Origin: Sulfurimonadaceae bacterium
GTDB taxonomy: Bacteria; Campylobacterota; Campylobacteria; Campylobacterales; Sulfurimonadaceae
Direction: 5' to 3'
DNA length: 33,618 nt
Assembly: GCA_041562555.1 (NCBI GenBank)
Contig: JBFEXS010000013.1
Span: 1 to 33,618, forward strand
Shown here: positions 16,813 through 27,453 of the stretch, in pieces
Layout of the letters: the number at the start of each line of letters is the position of its first letter
How positions within the stretch are numbered: the stretch's first letter is position 1
Notes under the pieces: generated by a model
Database searches by the model: none
What the model was told of the DNA's origin: nothing
What the model saw: only the letters and a program-made list of their open reading frames with translations
Made by a program: the position numbers and the translations under genes

Positions 16813-18198
16813 TTACTGATTCTCTTCCAACCAAGTATGGAACTTAGCCAACTGTTCGACAGTGCGTACGGTTGATGTCCCACCTTCAGAAGTTCGCGCA
16901 TTCATAGAGTTTTTAATACTCAAAAACGGCATCACATTTTCTTGGATACGCTCATCGATGGCATGGAGTTCATCAAAAGATATATCACTCAGGTCTATAT
17001 TGAGTTCTTCCGATTTCGCTACAGCCTTACCGGTAATAAAGTGCGCCTCCCTAAAAGGTATATTGCAGTGTTCTACCAGATAATCCGCCAGATCCGTAGC
17101 AGAAAGGTGTCCTACCTTACAAGCCGCTTCCATATTTTTATCATGTACCGTAAGGGTCAACAGAGACTCTTTTAGTATCTTCAAAGATATCTCGATCGTC
17201 TTGACACTATCAAACACACCTTCTTTATCTTCCTGGGTGTCTTTGTTATACGCCAATGGAAGTCCCTTCATCACCGTAAGAAGACTCATCAAGTTCCCAT
17301 ATACACGACCACTCTTTCCGCGAAGTAATTCAGCTGCATCCGGGTTTTTCTTTTGCGGCATGATAGATGATCCCGTCGAGTAAGCATCCGAGAATGTGAT
17401 GAACTTAAACTCATAGGATGACCATAATATCATCTCTTCCGCCAGACGGGAGATATGCATCATCGTCATAGAGATATTAAAAAGGATCTCGATTGCAAAG
17501 TCTCTATCACTTACCGTATCAAGACAGTTGGTACTGACTGAGTCGAACCCAAGCTGATCTGCCGTACTGTGACGATTGATATTGTGAGGTGTTCCGGCCA
17601 GCGCAGCACACCCCAGAGGAGAGATATTGTTACGACGGTAGGAATCTTTAAAACGTTCGAAGTCTCGTTTAAACATCGAAGCGTATGCCATCAAGTGAAA
17701 AGCAAGGTTTGTCGGTTGGGCATGCTGAAGGTGAGTCATTCCGGGAATAAGGGTCTCGGTATGATCACTTGCCACCTCATATAAAGCACGCATCAACTCA
17801 TGGGTCAATCCCATGATCTCTTTGTTTTTTCGTAGGACATATCGTCTGAAATCAACGGCTACCTGGTCATTTCGGCTTCTGGCTGTATGCAGCTTCTTAC
17901 CCGTATCCCCAATGATTTTCGTAAGACGTTTCTCTATTGCCATATGCAGGTCTTCATCCGAAAGTTCCCAGTTGAACTTTCCTGATTCGATCTCTTCTTT
18001 TACCTGGGCAAGACCTTCTTTGATAGAGTCAAGTTCTTCAGCGCTTAATATCCCCTGCTCGCTGAGCATGGTTGCATGAGCGATCGAGCCCTCGATATCC
18101 TCTTGATATAGTTCTCTATCAAACATGATAGAGGCGTTGAATTCATCCAAAAGTGATGACGCACTTTCACTAAAGCGTCCAGACCACATTTTTTCCAT
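16813..18198 (-). CDS. argH: Argininosuccinate lyase
   Basis: [52 protein letters not shown]. Confidence 0.97.
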   Translation of the reverse strand: MEKMWSGRFSESASSLLDEFNASIMFDRELYQEDIEGSIAHATMLSEQGILSAEELDSIKEGLAQVKEEIESGKFNWELSDEDLHMAIEKRLTKIIGDTGKKLHTARSRNDQVAVDFRRYVLRKNKEIMGLTHELMRALYEVASDHTETLIPGMTHLQHAQPTNLAFHLMAYASMFKRDFERFKDSYRRNNISPLGCAALAGTPHNINRHSTADQLGFDSVSTNCLDTVSDRDFAIEILFNISMTMMHISRLAEEMILWSSYEFKFITFSDAYSTGSSIMPQKKNPDAAELLRGKSGRVYGNLMSLLTVMKGLPLAYNKDTQEDKEGVFDSVKTIEISLKILKESLLTLTVHDKNMEAACKVGHLSATDLADYLVEHCNIPFREAHFITGKAVAKSEELNIDLSDISFDELHAIDERIQENVMPFLSIKNSMNARTSEGGTSTVRTVEQLAKFHTWLEENQ

Positions 18199-18262
18199 AA
18201 ATACACCTCTTTGTTACGAACCCTGTTTCTAGTAGGAAGTTCGATTATTTTTTAATTTTCGT

Positions 18263-18271
18263 ATTCTAGCA
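18263..18271 (-). promoter_or_regulatory. Extended -10 (TGCTAGAAT) for argH
   Basis: TGnTAGAAT about 65 nt upstream of argH; GAGGTG SD. Confidence 0.55.
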
Positions 18272-18275
18272 AAAA

Positions 18276-20237
18276 TTAGTAAAAATGAGCTTGACGGGAA
18301 AAACCGATGGCTTGCTTTTCCATCGTAGGATATAGATAGATATCCTCAGCAATCTTTACCGGTGAAATAGGAAAAGTAAAAGATTCTTCATCAAACTCCA
18401 ATGTGATCTCCGAGAACATAGCTGCTAATTCGGATGGGATTTCTTCTCTTCTTAAAAGCTTTTCCGCTTTGATCGGCGACAGGTCCATCCCCTGATAGCT
18501 GCATTCCAAACTGAAATCATCACGGCCAAGTAACCGTTCATACGGAGTATTGTTCAACCTGACATCCAAAAATGATGCCATGTCCACTGATATCAGTATC
18601 AGTGTCCCATCTGTCCTTCTCTGACTAAGAAGAGGCAATGTCTTACTCTCTTGTGCCGTATCAAACACCGAATGTGTCAACAATGCTTCACGCATACCAA
18701 GGCTGCAGTTGACATCAGGACTGTGAGTTCCCTTCAAGGCCAGCTCGACTCTTGAATCCACGCTCAGGTGTATTTCCCGTTTCACCTCAAGACTGCTTAA
18801 GGTCTCGTCAAAACGGATATTTCCGACCTTCTGAACGAGATAGGAGTTAGCGATATCGAAGCTCACATGCAAGGCTGTCAACAGAAGATGGTCATCCTCA
18901 AAGACGAGCTCCTCTTTTTTCTCTTTACATACCGCTACCTTTTCCAGGTTTTCGATCTCACAACGGTTTCTGATCTGAAGGTTCTCTTCCTCACAACGGT
19001 TTTCACGTTTGTGACATTCATAAAGGTGTAGTTCTTCTTTAGTCTTACACTTTTCCAAGGCACTCATACACCGTACATGACTAAAGGGATTGGTGATCCC
19101 AGCGCACTGTTGACAGCTGTGTATTCCATAGGTTTTGCTACACTGACGCTGACACGTTTTCAGTCGTGAAGAACAATCCTCCTTTACGCCTTCACAGGCA
19201 GGCAGGCTCCCTTTGTTAAAGAAGTATATCTCCTTACTAATATTCTGGTCTGATTCATCAATGCTCAAAAAGAACTTCTTGATCAGACGTAAATCCGTAT
19301 GCTCCAAAGCGTAGTTCATCTGACGGGCAAGATAGGATTTTGATGCATAATAAGAGGAATGTTTTTGCAATGTGTCTAAACTAATTCCCATCTTTTCTCG
19401 GAGTTCTCTATCTATCCCGGCTTTCAGACTCTCGTGTAAGTGCATATCATCAACCGGTTGATTATCTCTTCCGGACACCTTATTTACATTGCTTGCACCG
19501 ATGAATGCAACACCTTTTTCACAAACATAGGGAAGATATGCTTTCATTTTAGTAGGGACATTGACCGATTTTGCCGAATGCAGGGTATGATCACGTGAAG
19601 CAAAGATATCCTTTCCATTTATGTTCTGTAAAATATTCATATCAACAGGTATATTTAAAGGAGCATTGAGGATCTCCCCATTTAACATGTGTAAGAACCC
19701 TTTTACCGACGTCGCAATGATCTGTCTGTTTTCACTGTTTTCTTCCGGTGCTTCACTGAGATCGAAACCATCTAAGACGATTTCATCAAAGGTCGTACTC
19801 AAAACAAATTCATCTTTTCCCGCACTAAGGGTATGATGTGAACGTACATGTCCAAAAATCTTTCGCTTAAGTGCATCGATTTCTAAAGAGAATGCTACTT
19901 CGGAGACAATGCTTTGTCCAAGAAGTTCTATCTTAAGATGTCCAAAAGAGACATCTGAAAAACCTGCGGCATCCAGGTGTGAGAAATGCTCTACAAAGCG
20001 GTCGAAACTTTGCGACACAACATCGGAAAAGTCTTCTTTACTCAGATAAAGTACGACATCAACACCTTCCATACCCATAAAGAGTGTATTCATCTTCCTT
20101 AACTGTTCTAAACTTTTTTGCTGCTCAGCATTATAATCGAAACGCTGTTTAGGTTGAGGCACACATGCAGCTAAGAGTATCAGCAGTATCATAAAAAAAA
20201 ATGAAGAGAAGAGATGTGTTTTGATTGCTTTGATCAT
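18276..20237 (-). CDS. Large hypothetical lipoprotein with a 12-Cys helical insert
   Basis: Long ORF; basic N-terminus, hydrophobic stretch and LAAC lipobox from ATG 20237. The ORF track extends it to TTG 20273, so the start is uncertain. Confidence 0.8.
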   Translation of the reverse strand: MIKAIKTHLFSSFFFMILLILLAACVPQPKQRFDYNAEQQKSLEQLRKMNTLFMGMEGVDVVLYLSKEDFSDVVSQSFDRFVEHFSHLDAAGFSDVSFGHLKIELLGQSIVSEVAFSLEIDALKRKIFGHVRSHHTLSAGKDEFVLSTTFDEIVLDGFDLSEAPEENSENRQIIATSVKGFLHMLNGEILNAPLNIPVDMNILQNINGKDIFASRDHTLHSAKSVNVPTKMKAYLPYVCEKGVAFIGASNVNKVSGRDNQPVDDMHLHESLKAGIDRELREKMGISLDTLQKHSSYYASKSYLARQMNYALEHTDLRLIKKFFLSIDESDQNISKEIYFFNKGSLPACEGVKEDCSSRLKTCQRQCSKTYGIHSCQQCAGITNPFSHVRCMSALEKCKTKEELHLYECHKRENRCEEENLQIRNRCEIENLEKVAVCKEKKEELVFEDDHLLLTALHVSFDIANSYLVQKVGNIRFDETLSSLEVKREIHLSVDSRVELALKGTHSPDVNCSLGMREALLTHSVFDTAQESKTLPLLSQRRTDGTLILISVDMASFLDVRLNNTPYERLLGRDDFSLECSYQGMDLSPIKAEKLLRREEIPSELAAMFSEITLEFDEESFTFPISPVKIAEDIYLYPTMEKQAIGFSRQAHFY

Positions 20238-20269
20238 AATAAGGCTTAAAATTGTGAGGAAATATTGTT

Positions 20270-20294
20270 GCAAGGCTCTTTTAATAGGCCTTGC
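20270..20294 (-). terminator. Hairpin downstream of the cytochrome c gene
   Basis: GCAAGGC/GCCTTGC 7-bp inverted repeat; no clear U tract. Confidence 0.35.
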
Positions 20295-20306
20295 GAAGAG
20301 AGGATA

Positions 20307-20648
20307 TTAGTTACAGGCAGGAACGTTTCCGCTGTCTTTTGCATATTCAACCATAAAGTCTTTCAAGTGACGCACACGTTTTCCATATTTCTTACTGCTG
20401 AAATACTTGTGCGACTTTTTAGCTTTTTCACTCTCTAAGTGGATAGTTGCAAGACCTGAACCCTTGTTTTTACGATTAAGAAGTTTTTTCCACTCACTCA
20501 TCCGCTTGCTTGCGGCGATCTTTTGACCGCCTCCATGACACTTACGACATTTTTTAACATATGTCTTCTGACCCTTATATACAGCAGCTTCAATCGCTGG
20601 TACACACAGTAAAGACACAGTAAACATTAAGGCAAAAGGAAATCTCAT
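20307..20648 (-). CDS. Mono-heme c-type cytochrome with a C-terminal Cys
   Basis: Signal peptide ending IEA, CRKCH, C-terminal YAKDSGNVPACN; start at ATG 20648, 7 nt after GGAG. Confidence 0.88.
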   Translation of the reverse strand: MRFPFALMFTVSLLCVPAIEAAVYKGQKTYVKKCRKCHGGGQKIAASKRMSEWKKLLNRKNKGSGLATIHLESEKAKKSHKYFSSKKYGKRVRHLKDFMVEYAKDSGNVPACN

Positions 20649-20833
20649 AAACATACTCCAAACGGGATAAAGAGCAAGAAACCACAATCTCGTATGGTTT
20701 CTTAATCTCAGGTTATTAATTGCCTTTATTCTAATCTCTAAAGGCTTAAAACTGCCAAAATAGAATTAATGAATCTGCCCAGAACTATAAAAAATTCAAA
20801 TTAATATCAAAATTGGGTGAAAATGTTACATTT

Positions 20834-22645
20834 CTATAATTGAAACTTATGCTTTAGGGTTTCACCACATACTAAAGAGCCCTTCTCTTCCAAGGATGAA
20901 AGCACGGATTGGGTGCATTCAACATCTCCCGGCCACTCACGTTCAAACCCATCCAGACTGTTCTTATTTGTTCCATCGATCCCGACAATTCCATTCTCTA
21001 TATAGACATCACGTTCGGCATCGATATTATTCACGACACGCCATACCAGCATATAGGCATTATCTATGTCATTTTTTTCTTCATCCACGAATACGACAAT
21101 ACGTAGATTCTCCTTCAAAGGAGTCAAATGTGAAAACAGGGTTTTCATATTTGATCGTTTATTGACCGATACGACTGTCACAGGATTGCGGGTACGGCGC
21201 ATATATTGCCTAACCCCTGTCACAGAACTGTCACACTCTTTAAGGGCCTCTAAAAGCGCGTCATCTTCCAGAAGTTCAGGCTCATCTATCATCGGCGCAC
21301 CGGTACAATCCAGTCCAAGTTTTCCACCGACAAGCGCCTCTGGACTTGAATGATCCAGAGCATCGGTAATCCCTTCAGAGATCATCAGACGCGAAGGATG
21401 AAAACGGTTTAAGATATAGGTGGCGATCGGCTCATAATTGTTCAGACGTGGCGCATCTTCGCCGACAAAAATCGCATGCTTGACAAAGCTCATCTGTCCT
21501 GCACCCCAAAAAGCATGCATAAACTGCTTCGCATGACCTTTATACAGTGTTTTCATCTTTGCCAGAATAAGATTATGAAACACTCCGTTTTCCGGCATAT
21601 GATAATCAATCAGATCTGCTGCATTGGTCTTGAGCAGTGGTAAAAAGATACGTTCTGTCGCCCAACCCATGTATTTATCTTCCAAAGGAGGCTTGCCCAC
21701 GACTGTTGCAAGATATACAGGACGTTCTTTACGTGTAATCGCAGATACTTCCATTACCGGATACGGCTCTTCAAGGGTGTAATATCCGGTATGATCTCCA
21801 AAAGGTCCCTCCACCCTCATTTCAGCAGGATCGACCCAACCCTCAATTACATAATCCACATCTTCAGGAATGTATAAAGGTGTTGTCAGCGACTTTACCA
21901 GACGTGCAGGTTTTTTCGTGATAAGGCCATACATCAAAAGTTCATTCACTCCGTACGGCAAAGGTGCCGTTGCACACCAGGTATAAAGAGGATCACCGCC
22001 GATCGCAATCGATACCGGCATCTTTTTCCCTTCACGCTGATACTGATCAAAGAAATGCGAGGAATCCTTATGAATCTGCCAGTGCATACCGAGGTGTTTG
22101 TCATCATACATTTGCAGACGATACATACCGAGGTTCACCAACTCTCCATCAAGACTCTGTGTATATACCTGTCCCATGGTAATAAAAGGACCGCCGTCTT
22201 CTTCCCAAGTCGTCAAGATAGGCAGATCACTCAACTTGGCATCGTCTCCAAGAAATTTCACTTCTTGACAGACTCCCGGACCTTTTAAGCGTTTTGGAAA
22301 GATGTTTTTTAGACTGAACAGATCCCCCAGCATCGAGAATTTATCTCTCATTGAAGATGGCGGCTTCATATGCAGCAAAGATTCAATCTCTTCAGCCACA
22401 CCCTCTACAGAACGCCCAAAAAGCAGTTCCGTACGCTCGAAGGAGCCAAAGAGGTTCATCAAGACAGGTGTATCAAATTTCTTGGCGTTTTGCTTATCTA
22501 CGACATTCGTAAAAAGCAAGGCCTTTGAATCCTCTTTTTTTACTTCAACATAGGCGATATGGGGGATTTCAAGATGAATATCCAATTCATCTTGGATCTC
22601 ACGAAGTTCGCCTCGTGATCTGAGTAAGTCAATTGTTTTTTGCAT
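20834..22645 (-). CDS. UbiD-family decarboxylase (menaquinone/futalosine pathway type)
   Basis: DGGPFITMG, NLGMYR, HWQIHKD, EGPFGDHTGYY, GKPPLED, DALDHS; downstream of hemC as in Campylobacter. Confidence 0.9.
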   Translation of the reverse strand: MQKTIDLLRSRGELREIQDELDIHLEIPHIAYVEVKKEDSKALLFTNVVDKQNAKKFDTPVLMNLFGSFERTELLFGRSVEGVAEEIESLLHMKPPSSMRDKFSMLGDLFSLKNIFPKRLKGPGVCQEVKFLGDDAKLSDLPILTTWEEDGGPFITMGQVYTQSLDGELVNLGMYRLQMYDDKHLGMHWQIHKDSSHFFDQYQREGKKMPVSIAIGGDPLYTWCATAPLPYGVNELLMYGLITKKPARLVKSLTTPLYIPEDVDYVIEGWVDPAEMRVEGPFGDHTGYYTLEEPYPVMEVSAITRKERPVYLATVVGKPPLEDKYMGWATERIFLPLLKTNAADLIDYHMPENGVFHNLILAKMKTLYKGHAKQFMHAFWGAGQMSFVKHAIFVGEDAPRLNNYEPIATYILNRFHPSRLMISEGITDALDHSSPEALVGGKLGLDCTGAPMIDEPELLEDDALLEALKECDSSVTGVRQYMRRTRNPVTVVSVNKRSNMKTLFSHLTPLKENLRIVVFVDEEKNDIDNAYMLVWRVVNNIDAERDVYIENGIVGIDGTNKNSLDGFEREWPGDVECTQSVLSSLEEKGSLVCGETLKHKFQL

Positions 22646-22718
22646 GGGATTTCACTTTCATAAGGCAGATTAGGTCGGCATGTAAGTTTTTTGTCAATGC
22701 CATTGACTGACAATGGTC

Positions 22719-23651
22719 TTAATCCATTTTATCAGCACGAGCAAGTAGCTCAATAGCACCTTTTTCAATAACGATGTTGGCCAAATCTTTACCCAAATGG
22801 GTATAACTCTCATGGGAATCAGTAAGAGTCTCACATAACACTTCGGATGCATCGGGCATCCCTAATGAACATTGCGCTACTATCTCACCATTATCAAGGA
22901 CTTTGGCATTCACGCCGATAGGTACATGACACCCACCTTCCAAAATGTCTACGAAGTTACGCTCGACCGTTACTTCCATTTCTGTCTGTTTATGATTCAA
23001 TTCATGTACCAGATCAAAGATCTCTTTATCATCGATCGTCTGCAGTCCCAAGGCACCTTGTCCCATAGATGAGACCATTTGCGACTGTTCAATGTTATAG
23101 ATGTGTTTTACAGCATCAAGAAGCCCTAAACGATTGATACCGGCTGAAGCGAGTATGATCGCATCGAACTGTCCCTCTTTTAACTTGCGAATACGTGTGT
23201 CAACATTTCCGCGGAGATCCTTGATCTGAAGATCGGGACGGATCATAAGCAGCTGCATCTTACGACGAAGCGAAGAAGTACCGATCACTGCACCCTGTGG
23301 CAATGCATCAAGGCTTTCATACTTCTCGCTTAACATCGCATCACGGCAATCCTCACGCTCAGTAATGGCAGCAAGAGGCAAGCCTTCAGGCATAACAGTC
23401 GGTACGTCTTTCAGAGAGTGTACGGCCATATGGGCTTCACCCCTGAGCATCGCCTCCTCAAGTTCTTTTAAAAACAGCCCTTTTCCACCGATCTTTGCTA
23501 AGGCAACATCTTGGATCTTGTCTCCTGAAGTCACAATGATTTTCAGTTCAACTTTCAGACCCGGACGAAGTTCCTCTAGACGCGCTTTGATATGTTCAGA
23601 CTGCCAAAGTGCCAGTTTACTTCCACGGGTTGCAATGATTAATTTATCCAA
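22719..23651 (-). CDS. hemC: Hydroxymethylbilane synthase (porphobilinogen deaminase)
   Basis: IATRGSKLALWQ, GGKGLFLKELE, VHSLKDVP, GTSSLRR, RGNVDTR, LEGGCHVPIG. Confidence 0.97.
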   Translation of the reverse strand: MDKLIIATRGSKLALWQSEHIKARLEELRPGLKVELKIIVTSGDKIQDVALAKIGGKGLFLKELEEAMLRGEAHMAVHSLKDVPTVMPEGLPLAAITEREDCRDAMLSEKYESLDALPQGAVIGTSSLRRKMQLLMIRPDLQIKDLRGNVDTRIRKLKEGQFDAIILASAGINRLGLLDAVKHIYNIEQSQMVSSMGQGALGLQTIDDKEIFDLVHELNHKQTEMEVTVERNFVDILEGGCHVPIGVNAKVLDNGEIVAQCSLGMPDASEVLCETLTDSHESYTHLGKDLANIVIEKGAIELLARADKMD

Positions 23652-23668
23652 TTTCTTTCCTAATAACT

Positions 23669-24508
23669 CTATTTGATTAACTTGACCATTTTATATTTCA
23701 TCTTCGTCGCATCTTTCGTGCCGTCAAAGAATACCGTTGGCGTCCCACTGACAAGATGCTCTTGAGCAACAGCCATATCATGTTCCAGATGTTTTTTCAC
23801 CATTGGAGCTGCAAGGTTTTGAACGGTAATATTGGTTCCCTGAACCTTGTTAAAGGCATCAAGGATCTTTTGTAGATTTGGTTCTCTGCCGTCGACGTCA
23901 ATCTTATATAGCCCCTCTACAATACCTTTTTTACCCTGTGATTCTGCCACATGTGCTGCTTGGACAAGAGGTACAGCCGCCGGATGAAGTGAACGAAGTG
24001 GGAAGTGATAATAGTAAACAGCGAAGGTCTTAGGATACTTCTTCATAAAAGCCAATGCCTCAGGTACAAAAGTACGACAGAAAGGACATAATGGGTCTGA
24101 AAAGATCACTACCTTATGAGCTGCATCCTTATTTCCAAAAAGGTGATGGGCATCATCATAATACTTGGCTTTAAAGTCCGGAGAGATACTTGAGTTCAGT
24201 TTAGACCCTGTAGCCAGATCATAAATCTCAGGTGCCATCATCCCGTCACCGACAAAATAGAGTGAACGTTGGGAAATAGGCTGTGTCTTCTCACCCGCTT
24301 TTGCTGTACCGCTCAGTTGGATGATATAGGCTTCCCAGCCCTTTGGTTTATCCAGTTTGATCTTATCCACGATCTCTATATCCAAAGAAACGATATTCGG
24401 ATTAGAGCCAATCCCCTTCTTTAAAAAAGAAATAACCTGTGCATCATTTGCGAAGGCAAAACTAGTTAAGCTTAGAATCGTTACTAACAATCTCGACATC
24501 AATGACAT
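23669..24508 (-). CDS. Periplasmic DsbA/DsbG-like thioredoxin-fold protein
   Basis: Signal peptide ending AFA; FSDPLCPFC, HFPL, GTPT cis-Pro loop; start at ATG 24508 behind AAGGAG. Confidence 0.85.
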   Translation of the reverse strand: MSLMSRLLVTILSLTSFAFANDAQVISFLKKGIGSNPNIVSLDIEIVDKIKLDKPKGWEAYIIQLSGTAKAGEKTQPISQRSLYFVGDGMMAPEIYDLATGSKLNSSISPDFKAKYYDDAHHLFGNKDAAHKVVIFSDPLCPFCRTFVPEALAFMKKYPKTFAVYYYHFPLRSLHPAAVPLVQAAHVAESQGKKGIVEGLYKIDVDGREPNLQKILDAFNKVQGTNITVQNLAAPMVKKHLEHDMAVAQEHLVSGTPTVFFDGTKDATKMKYKMVKLIK

Positions 24509-24875
24509 TATCTTCTCCTTGTTGTGGTGTATGGCATGTGCCATTTTTCTTATTCAAACGACTGACGATCAGTGCAGTGACAACCGAGAACTGCATCAAA
24601 ACACCGACCACATCACTTAAGATCCCCGGAAGGATCAGTAATACCGCTCCTAAAAGCGCAAAAATATTAAGTTCTTGAAACTCTTGCATCGTAATACAGT
24701 TATTGGACATAGCCTTGAGACTTTCGACCATCGTGGTCTTCACATTCATCAAAAGCAATAGTCCGATAAAACCTGAAAGCATAATCTCCGCAAATGTAGC
24801 CAGCCCGCCAAGCAGACTTGCCACCTGTACTGACAACAGCACTTCTACAAAGAGATATGCAAAAAAGTATATCAT
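24462..24875 (-). CDS. fxsA: FxsA-family membrane protein
   Basis: [23 protein letters not shown]-terminal VIDVE. Confidence 0.8.
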   Translation of the reverse strand: MIYFFAYLFVEVLLSVQVASLLGGLATFAEIMLSGFIGLLLLMNVKTTMVESLKAMSNNCITMQEFQELNIFALLGAVLLILPGILSDVVGVLMQFSVVTALIVSRLNKKNGTCHTPQQGEDNVIDVEIVSNDSKLN

Positions 24876-26182
24876 GCAAGCATCCCCGTTAGTGTAGCTA
24901 AAAGTTCATCTGCCTTAACTTCAATCTTCTCATTCTCAGCCCTTGGTGCGATCTGTACCATGCCGTCTGCTAAATTTTTACCCACAATAACGGTGTATGG
25001 GAAACCGATAAGCTCTGCATCCTTCATTTTAAAGCCAAAACGCTCTTTTCGATCATCCAGGACTACTTCGATACCCTGTTCATTCAATTGTGCATATAAG
25101 GTTTCAGCATAAGAGACCTGCTCTTCATCTTTGACATTAGAGACAAGGATATTGACAAGGTATGGAGCTGTTGCCGGTGTCCAGATACATCCTTTCTCAT
25201 CATTATGCTGTTCGATGACTGCTGCCATGATACGTGATACACCCATACCATAGGTCCCCATGATCATATCCTGGGATTTTCCATTCTCATCCAGATAGGT
25301 ACACCCCAGCGGTGCCGAATACGTAGTCCCCAGTTTAAAGATATGCCCAACCTCAATTCCTTTGGTTAATGACAGCTTCCCTGAACAGTGTGGACAGTTG
25401 TCATCTCCTTTAAGATCTGAGATATTTTCATAAACCATTTCTTCTTGACTTTCGTCATCATTGTCCAGGTCCATAAAGACTTCGATATTGGCTCCGTATT
25501 CACAGGAATCACACACGGCGATCGTATCCTCACCACTGTCAGCAAGGACCATCAACTCTTTGGAACCCGAACCGCCGATCGCACCTGAATCAGCTTCAAC
25601 CACTCTAAAATCAAGGCCCAGGCGTGACAGGATTGTTTTATAAGAAGCTTCCATCGTATCAAATTCTCTGTCCAGGTCTTCATATGAAGTGTGGAAACTG
25701 TATCCGTCTTTCATCAAGAACTCGCGTCCGCGCATCACACCAAAACGCGGGCGTGCTTCATCACGGAACTTTGTCTTGATCTGATAAAGGTTAAGCGGAA
25801 GCTGTTTGTAGGAAGTGACCCGGTTACGCACGATATTGACCATCATCTCTTCATGGGTCGGTCCAAGGACAAAATCGTTCTCTTTTCTGTCTTTAAAACG
25901 TAAAAGTTCTTTACCGAATTTCTCCGAACGTCCACTCTCTTCCCAAAACTCAATAGGTGTTACAAAACTAAGCTCAACTTCTTGGGCATACGCCTTTGTC
26001 ATCTCCTCATTGATGATCGCCTCGATCTTTTTTAACACACGTTTTCCCAAAGGAAGATAGTTATACAGTCCCGCTGCCACCTGTGAAATGAATCCGGCAC
26101 GGGATAGATAAATATGGCTTGCCAAAACAGCATCTTTTGGAGCCTCTTTTGTTGTTGGAACATACAGTCTTGAAAATCTCAT
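24872..26182 (-). CDS. proS: Proline--tRNA ligase, short form lacking the INS editing domain
   Basis: [51 protein letters not shown]; only 436 aa. Confidence 0.95.
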   Translation of the reverse strand: MRFSRLYVPTTKEAPKDAVLASHIYLSRAGFISQVAAGLYNYLPLGKRVLKKIEAIINEEMTKAYAQEVELSFVTPIEFWEESGRSEKFGKELLRFKDRKENDFVLGPTHEEMMVNIVRNRVTSYKQLPLNLYQIKTKFRDEARPRFGVMRGREFLMKDGYSFHTSYEDLDREFDTMEASYKTILSRLGLDFRVVEADSGAIGGSGSKELMVLADSGEDTIAVCDSCEYGANIEVFMDLDNDDESQEEMVYENISDLKGDDNCPHCSGKLSLTKGIEVGHIFKLGTTYSAPLGCTYLDENGKSQDMIMGTYGMGVSRIMAAVIEQHNDEKGCIWTPATAPYLVNILVSNVKDEEQVSYAETLYAQLNEQGIEVVLDDRKERFGFKMKDAELIGFPYTVIVGKNLADGMVQIAPRAENEKIEVKADELLATLTGMLA

Positions 26183-26184
26183 TC

Positions 26185-27453
26185 TTACCTCTTATTATTT
26201 TTCATATTTTCATTCTCTTCGGATAGAAGTTGCATCGCTTCCATCAGTGCACTTGAGTCTGTATCATGTGCCACCTCACGCATACGTTTCGTGATATCAT
26301 GTAAAAAACGTTTTAATACTTGTTCGTTCATCTTGCGTGCCTGGGATTCATACTCTTGGGGGAGATATCCCCGTTTCATAACACGCTGTGTCTCTTCTTG
26401 TGCGCACAGCATCGCTTTTTCATAGATATCTTTGATCAAGGGTTCGATCGAAAGAGACTTCAACCACTCATAAAATTCTGCCGTATATTTACCGATGATG
26501 ACATAACACTTTTTTGCCTCATCTTCACGTAAAGAGAGGTTCTCATCAACTATGTTTTTAAGATCATCGATACGGTAAATATGCAAGCCACCCATATTAC
26601 AATCGTCAATATCCCTTGGTATGGCCATATCAAACCAATAGCGTTCAAAGGATGTCGCTGCCACCTTGTTGCATGGGATAATGACGTTCGAAGCGCCTGT
26701 CGCCGTGAAGACAAGGTCATATTCATTGATCGCTTCATAAAGCTCATCATACTTTCTTACTGTAACCAGTTCATTACACTCATCAGCGATCTCTTCTGCC
26801 TTGGAATACGTACGGTTCATGATCACACTATGGCATCCGGCTGAACTAAGGTGTTTAGCGCACAGACGGCTCATCTCGCCGGCACCGATAATCAAGGCCT
26901 TTTTCCCTTCCAGGCTTCCGGCTTGTTCTTTGGCCTTCGCTACGGCAACACTGGCGATTGAGACCGGCTTGGATGAGATCGAAGAGCTGTTTCTGACCTC
27001 CGCTGCACACTTAAAGGCATACTGCATTGCACGAGAGATCTTCTGTCCGCAATAATTGTTTTCCAGAGCAAAACGAAAAGAGTCTTTGAGCTGGCCTACG
27101 ATCTGAGTCTCACCTACGACCATCGAGTCCAGAGAAGAAGCCACATTAAACAGGTGATGCATGGCACCCTGGTCTTCAAAGACATCGGCACGTCCTTCCA
27201 ACTCCTCTTTTGATATCCCCGCCTTTTGACTTAGCAAAGAGAGGATAAATTGTGTCGTCTCTATGACATTTTGTACCGAGGCCAGCACTTCCAGGCGATT
27301 ACAGGTTGAGACGATCATCGATTCGTTGATCAGATCATGTGCTTGCATCTTTTCCAAACAGACAGCCATCTGTTCGTCAATATTAAAAGCTAATCGCTCA
27401 CGAACCTCCAAAGTAGAGTTATGATGGGAAAAACTTATCAAAATGTAGTGCAT
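26185..27453 (-). CDS. hemA: Glutamyl-tRNA reductase
   Basis: [35 protein letters not shown]. Confidence 0.96.
   Translation of the reverse strand: MHYILISFSHHNSTLEVRERLAFNIDEQMAVCLEKMQAHDLINESMIVSTCNRLEVLASVQNVIETTQFILSLLSQKAGISKEELEGRADVFEDQGAMHHLFNVASSLDSMVVGETQIVGQLKDSFRFALENNYCGQKISRAMQYAFKCAAEVRNSSSISSKPVSIASVAVAKAKEQAGSLEGKKALIIGAGEMSRLCAKHLSSAGCHSVIMNRTYSKAEEIADECNELVTVRKYDELYEAINEYDLVFTATGASNVIIPCNKVAATSFERYWFDMAIPRDIDDCNMGGLHIYRIDDLKNIVDENLSLREDEAKKCYVIIGKYTAEFYEWLKSLSIEPLIKDIYEKAMLCAQEETQRVMKRGYLPQEYESQARKMNEQVLKRFLHDITKRMREVAHDTDSSALMEAMQLLSEENENMKNNKR

Noticed and set aside
18217..18243. argH leader hairpin as a riboswitch or attenuator
   Set aside because: Only a 7-bp stem with G-U pairs; no aptamer consensus, leader peptide or U tract.
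18927..19196. Cys-rich insert as a multiheme cytochrome or Fe-S domain
   Set aside because: No CxxCH or ferredoxin motif, and the protein appears Sec-exported, so disulfides are more likely.
20193..20201. A9/T9 tract in the lipoprotein signal region as a phase-variation switch
   Set aside because: It encodes an ordinary Phe run in a hydrophobic segment; phase variation in this phylum mostly uses poly-G/C tracts.
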